NCBI GenBank assembly: GCA_001643675.2
Contig: LSRY02000004.1
Span: 1,612,001 to 1,676,000 of the forward strand
From: Monocercomonoides exilis PA203
Taxonomy: Eukaryota > Protista > Preaxostyla
Direction: 5' to 3'
Length of the DNA: 64,000 bases
Below, in pieces: positions 60,088-64,000 of the stretch. A model generated the notes under the pieces. That model ran no database searches and was not told where the DNA came from. It saw nothing but the letters and a program-made list of their open reading frames with translations. The number at the start of each line of letters is the position of its first letter. Position 1 is the first letter of the stretch. The position numbers and the translations under genes are program-made.

Positions 60088-63000
60088 ATGAGTGATGTTC
60101 AAAATATAAAAAAACGAAAGAAGTCCGCAAAAATTCAACATGCAAAGGATGCTGCACAAATAGAACTTATTCAAACATTATATGAAGAAACAGTTACATC
60201 GCTTCATGAAGCTTTAAACGAAAACAGACGTTTATTACAAGAAAATTCTATTCTTCGACAGAAAATTGATGAGCTTTCCCACAAAGTTGACGAAGTTTCT
60301 GAAGACAATTTTGTAAAACAAGATGATTCGAAAATTGCTTCTCTTAATGAGAAAGATATTGAAGAGCCAACAAAACAGATATCTTTTAACGATGAATTAA
60401 TCCAGACTGATATGGTCATTGTTTCAACATTTTCCGAACATGAAGCATTTCAAAAATCTAAGTTCGAACTTCAACAAAATTTGTATCAAGTTAGTAAAGC
60501 ACAGGAGCAAATTGATGAACAAATAAATGAATTCATAAGAGAAAAAAACATGGTTTCCGAAAAATCGAAAAGAATTGAAAAAGAAAGGCAAAAGATAGAT
60601 GACTCACGAAAGGAACTTGAAGAAAAGATCGCAATTTACGAAGATAAAATCAATAAATACAATGAAATGGAAAAAGAGCTTGAAAGAAAATCTGAGTTGT
60701 TGGAGACAAAGAGTTTGCAAATAGAAAAAGAAAATGAAAAACTGAACTCAAAAATAGAAGATATCGCGGAAGAACAAAGGTCGATTAGTGAAAAGCAGTC
60801 ACAATTGGAAGAACTTCAAAGAATAGCAGAACGTGAAATAAAAGAGGCACAGGAATTAAAATTGAAGGTTGAAGAGGAACAAAAGCAAATGAAAAGAAAT
60901 TTAGAAAGCGACAGAAAAAATAAAGAAATTGAAAGCATTGAAAAAGTTGTTGGGGTCGAAGTTTCTGTTCAGACTGATAATGAAAAGGATTCTGCATCAT
61001 TTGAAGCTATTGGAATGCTAACGGATGATGGAGAAAATAAAGTTTATTCCACAATCGAAACAGAAAAAGAACCTTTGACTATTTGCAAGAAACCAATTTC
61101 CTACGATCCATCGCATTTGGATGAGACTGAAAAAGAAGAGGAAGAAGAAGAGAGAAAGAGTTTGCAAAAGAAAATTGAGCGAAGTGAAGAGAGTCCCAAA
61201 CATATTGCACCATTTGGTGAGTTACATGCAAATCTGCAGATACTCTCAATATTTGCTGTTTCAGCCGCGTCAGTTGTACGTCTAAGTGACTTTCTCACCT
61301 TCATTTTTGAGTTCATTTCAGATTCACTTCTCAGCTTTGACACTCAAACCGTTAACACTTCAAATACAACTCATGTTCAGCTATCTTCTGATTCATCTCA
61401 TATTTCTCTGTTCTCTTTGTCAGATTCTTCTTCACAATCCATTTCAGCTTCTACAAACTCATCTCTTCCAATTCACTCACTTGCCACTCCAACACCTCAA
61501 TCCACGCCTTTCGAAGACACCTCATCAAACACATCGCCCCACTTCAACTCAGCCAAAACAGATCATCTTTCCACCCTTCTTCAGTTCTTCATTTCACTCC
61601 TTGAATCAGTCCAACTGTCTTTGAACGATTCATTCGAGGCTGTAATCTTGCCGCATTCACCAAGCAAGAGCAATGCATTCATCACACAGCTGGCTGCAAC
61701 AATGGACAACATTGAAGCAGAGCTTGTCGAAGTTGAGAAGAAAGAGCAGCAAAACTGCGAAAAGCTCACTGAAATATCGTTTGATCGTCATTCCATTCTG
61801 ACTGAGCATTCACTCGATGCACTGAAGCAGCTGTTCACAACAAGATTTGATGCTTCAACGTCAAACACTCCAAATATGAATCAGCAGTTAGATTCTCCTG
61901 CTTCTTGTAATTCACTTCATTCCTCAACTGGCAACTTTTCTTCAGATCCTTCATCTTCTTTCACTTCTTCATCTCAAAATCAGTTCATTCCATTTCACAA
62001 TTCACTATCATCAAACACTTCGTTTTCTTCTCCCACTTCATCTGATGAAATGTCTTCTAATTCGCAACCACAATTTTGTGATAATCCATCTGAATGCATC
62101 AACTTCTTTATCAAAGCATTCTCAGAAGCCATCATTGACTGTCTGATGCAATCTCGCTCTGTTGTTTCAGTGGTAGAGACTGTGATTGAGAAATGGAGAG
62201 TGAAATCTGATAGAACGAAAGAAGAGGCAGAAGAAGAAAGTGGAAGAGAAAGAATGCAAATACAGATTGAATCTCCAATTGAAGAGCAGAAAAGTTCCGT
62301 TGCAAACACTCACGAATCGCCTGAAAGAAACGAAGAGACATCGCCTTTTAATACAATTGAACGCTGGCCGAAGGAAACAGAGACAATTTCATCTAAAAGA
62401 GAAAACAATCAAAAAACAAACAGAACAAATTCGAATTACTGTGATGCTGCCGCAAACACTGAAAATGCAGATAAAACCACTCTTATTGAAGAAGAATCCC
62501 AGACTGAAGAAGTTGTGCAGAAAGTGTATAAAGCAACCGAAATGGAAAATAACAAGAATTCCTTTGATGAAGAAAAAGTGAAGACAATTAAAAAACTACT
62601 TGATGAGTTTAAAGAAACAATAAGACACATTTTGCATAGTAAAAAAGGATCTAAATTATCGAATCGCAAAAAGAAAATGCAAAATTCAAACTTTTCATTT
62701 TTGGGAATTGTTGATGAAAAACAGAAAATGGGAGAATTTGAAGATGGCTACAAAGAAGAAAGAGATGGAGAAGAAAAAGAAGAAGAAGAAGAAGAATTTG
62801 ACGATGAAGACGATGATGATGAAATGAAGCAAATCTACAAGCAACTTGAATTAGAAAGAGACTTTGACTTTCAAAATGGCTGTGATGAAGGTGATATTCC
62901 TGAAGATGCAAAGGAGCTTGTTCAGCAAGTACACAAGCTCTCATTACAATCAACTTCTCTTTTGGATATCATTGAGCACATTAAAGACATCATCGAGAAA

Positions 63001-64000
63001 CTAGCAAAGGAATTTCACGATGGTGAGGAGGAAAGCGATGATTTTGATGAACAGAATTTGATTGAACCAGAAGGTTCTTCGGCTTCTCTTGAGGATTTAT
63101 CAGAGCTTTCTCCACAAATTGTGTCTCATTCATCTATTTTACGTGGATTATCATTAATCATCTCTGAGTTTGAGAGCAGCTCAAACTGGCGAAGTGAAAT
63201 AGAGAATTGCAATCCTCATTTCACTGTAAAGCACAAGAAAATGGAAGAAAACACGGAAAGTGAAGAATTTAAACTGGAATATGAGAAAGAAGAAGAAGAA
63301 GAAGAGGTTACAACTCCAATTGATAGCCTTGAGGAATACTCATTTCATATTAATGGAATAACTACTCCTACTGCAGAAATGGACAAAACAGAGAAAGAAT
63401 CCGAAGCAGAGGCAGAGACAGAGGCAAGCGACTCAAAAGAAGCTGACAGCTCAAGTGAACGTGCTGTGAAGGCACAAGAGCTGCTGAAGAAGATCCACGA
63501 AAAGGACGAAATCATCGAGCAGAAGGAGGAAGAGATAAAACATCTGAAGCAAGTGATGCAGAGCCTACAAAGAAACCACAAAAGGCAAGTTGAGAATTTC
63601 ACGAAAGAGAAAGAAAATTTCGAAAAGAAGGTGAATTTGATGAAGGAAGCGCTGGATGCAGAGAAGAAAAAGCAGGAAAAGATAAACAAACAACATATGT
63701 TGCAGGCTGAAAAAGTGGAGAAAGAGAAAGAGCGAATTCAATCTGTGATAAGAGAGCTTGATGAAAGAAACAAAAAGCAGATCGCAAACAGTAAAGAATT
63801 ACAAGACACAATCGAGGCATTGCAAGAAGAAGTGAGAAACGAGCAGAAGAAGAGAGAAGTTTTGAGGCAGCAAAAATTAGCGACTGAAAAGATGGCAAAG
63901 GAAGATTTGTGTTTGTATTTCTTGATCCGCCAGGAACAGTCAGCGCTTCTTGAAGAGAGAGAAGAAGAGCTGAAGCAGCTGAAAATGCAAAACGATGAAT
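60088..64000 (+). CDS. Long Glu/Lys-rich coiled-coil protein (partial, >1300 aa, runs off window)
   Basis: Frame 1 starts at ATG 60088 (MSDVQNIKKRKKSAKIQH) and had no stops in the lines I translated up to the window end. It is absent from the ORF track, presumably because it has no stop. EK-rich helical segments flank Ser-rich and acidic regions. Confidence 0.85.
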   Translation, partial: MSDVQNIKKRKKSAKIQHAKDAAQIELIQTLYEETVTSLHEALNENRRLLQENSILRQKIDELSHKVDEVSEDNFVKQDDSKIASLNEKDIEEPTKQISFNDELIQTDMVIVSTFSEHEAFQKSKFELQQNLYQVSKAQEQIDEQINEFIREKNMVSEKSKRIEKERQKIDDSRKELEEKIAIYEDKINKYNEMEKELERKSELLETKSLQIEKENEKLNSKIEDIAEEQRSISEKQSQLEELQRIAEREIKEAQELKLKVEEEQKQMKRNLESDRKNKEIESIEKVVGVEVSVQTDNEKDSASFEAIGMLTDDGENKVYSTIETEKEPLTICKKPISYDPSHLDETEKEEEEEERKSLQKKIERSEESPKHIAPFGELHANLQILSIFAVSAASVVRLSDFLTFIFEFISDSLLSFDTQTVNTSNTTHVQLSSDSSHISLFSLSDSSSQSISASTNSSLPIHSLATPTPQSTPFEDTSSNTSPHFNSAKTDHLSTLLQFFISLLESVQLSLNDSFEAVILPHSPSKSNAFITQLAATMDNIEAELVEVEKKEQQNCEKLTEISFDRHSILTEHSLDALKQLFTTRFDASTSNTPNMNQQLDSPASCNSLHSSTGNFSSDPSSSFTSSSQNQFIPFHNSLSSNTSFSSPTSSDEMSSNSQPQFCDNPSECINFFIKAFSEAIIDCLMQSRSVVSVVETVIEKWRVKSDRTKEEAEEESGRERMQIQIESPIEEQKSSVANTHESPERNEETSPFNTIERWPKETETISSKRENNQKTNRTNSNYCDAAANTENADKTTLIEEESQTEEVVQKVYKATEMENNKNSFDEEKVKTIKKLLDEFKETIRHILHSKKGSKLSNRKKKMQNSNFSFLGIVDEKQKMGEFEDGYKEERDGEEKEEEEEEFDDEDDDDEMKQIYKQLELERDFDFQNGCDEGDIPEDAKELVQQVHKLSLQSTSLLDIIEHIKDIIEKLAKEFHDGEEESDDFDEQNLIEPEGSSASLEDLSELSPQIVSHSSILRGLSLIISEFESSSNWRSEIENCNPHFTVKHKKMEENTESEEFKLEYEKEEEEEEVTTPIDSLEEYSFHINGITTPTAEMDKTEKESEAEAETEASDSKEADSSSERAVKAQELLKKIHEKDEIIEQKEEEIKHLKQVMQSLQRNHKRQVENFTKEKENFEKKVNLMKEALDAEKKKQEKINKQHMLQAEKVEKEKERIQSVIRELDERNKKQIANSKELQDTIEALQEEVRNEQKKREVLRQQKLATEKMAKEDLCLYFLIRQEQSALLEEREEELKQLKMQNDE

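Overview
AT-rich eukaryotic (protist) DNA in the standard genetic code, with short GT-AG introns (about 40-200 nt) and very Ser-rich giant proteins. The gene families resemble an oxymonad/metamonad such as Monocercomonoides (inference). Two giant intronless receptor-like genes dominate the window (8095-17358 +, 34850-47197 -). Each has a signal peptide, a Cys/GG-rich beta-helix ectodomain, one TM helix and a catalytically dead TKL-like kinase C-lobe. They point tail-to-tail. Their ectodomains are very divergent, but they share a near-identical ~3 kb cassette (TM + cytoplasmic domain + ~1.5 kb 3' flank), which forms a large inverted repeat around a 14.4 kb core. The core holds a multi-exon GH15 glucoamylase-like gene, a helical-repeat gene with a (GAA)51 tract, three non-autonomous TIR elements (one a 777-bp near-perfect foldback with an 8-bp TSD) and an ectodomain pseudogene fragment. 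Outside it are a Ser-rich triple-CCHC gene, a lineage-specific helical gene, a 2-RRM ~3000-aa low-complexity gene, an RCC1-like multi-exon gene and a coiled-coil gene running off the right end. No RNA genes or CRISPR arrays were recognised.
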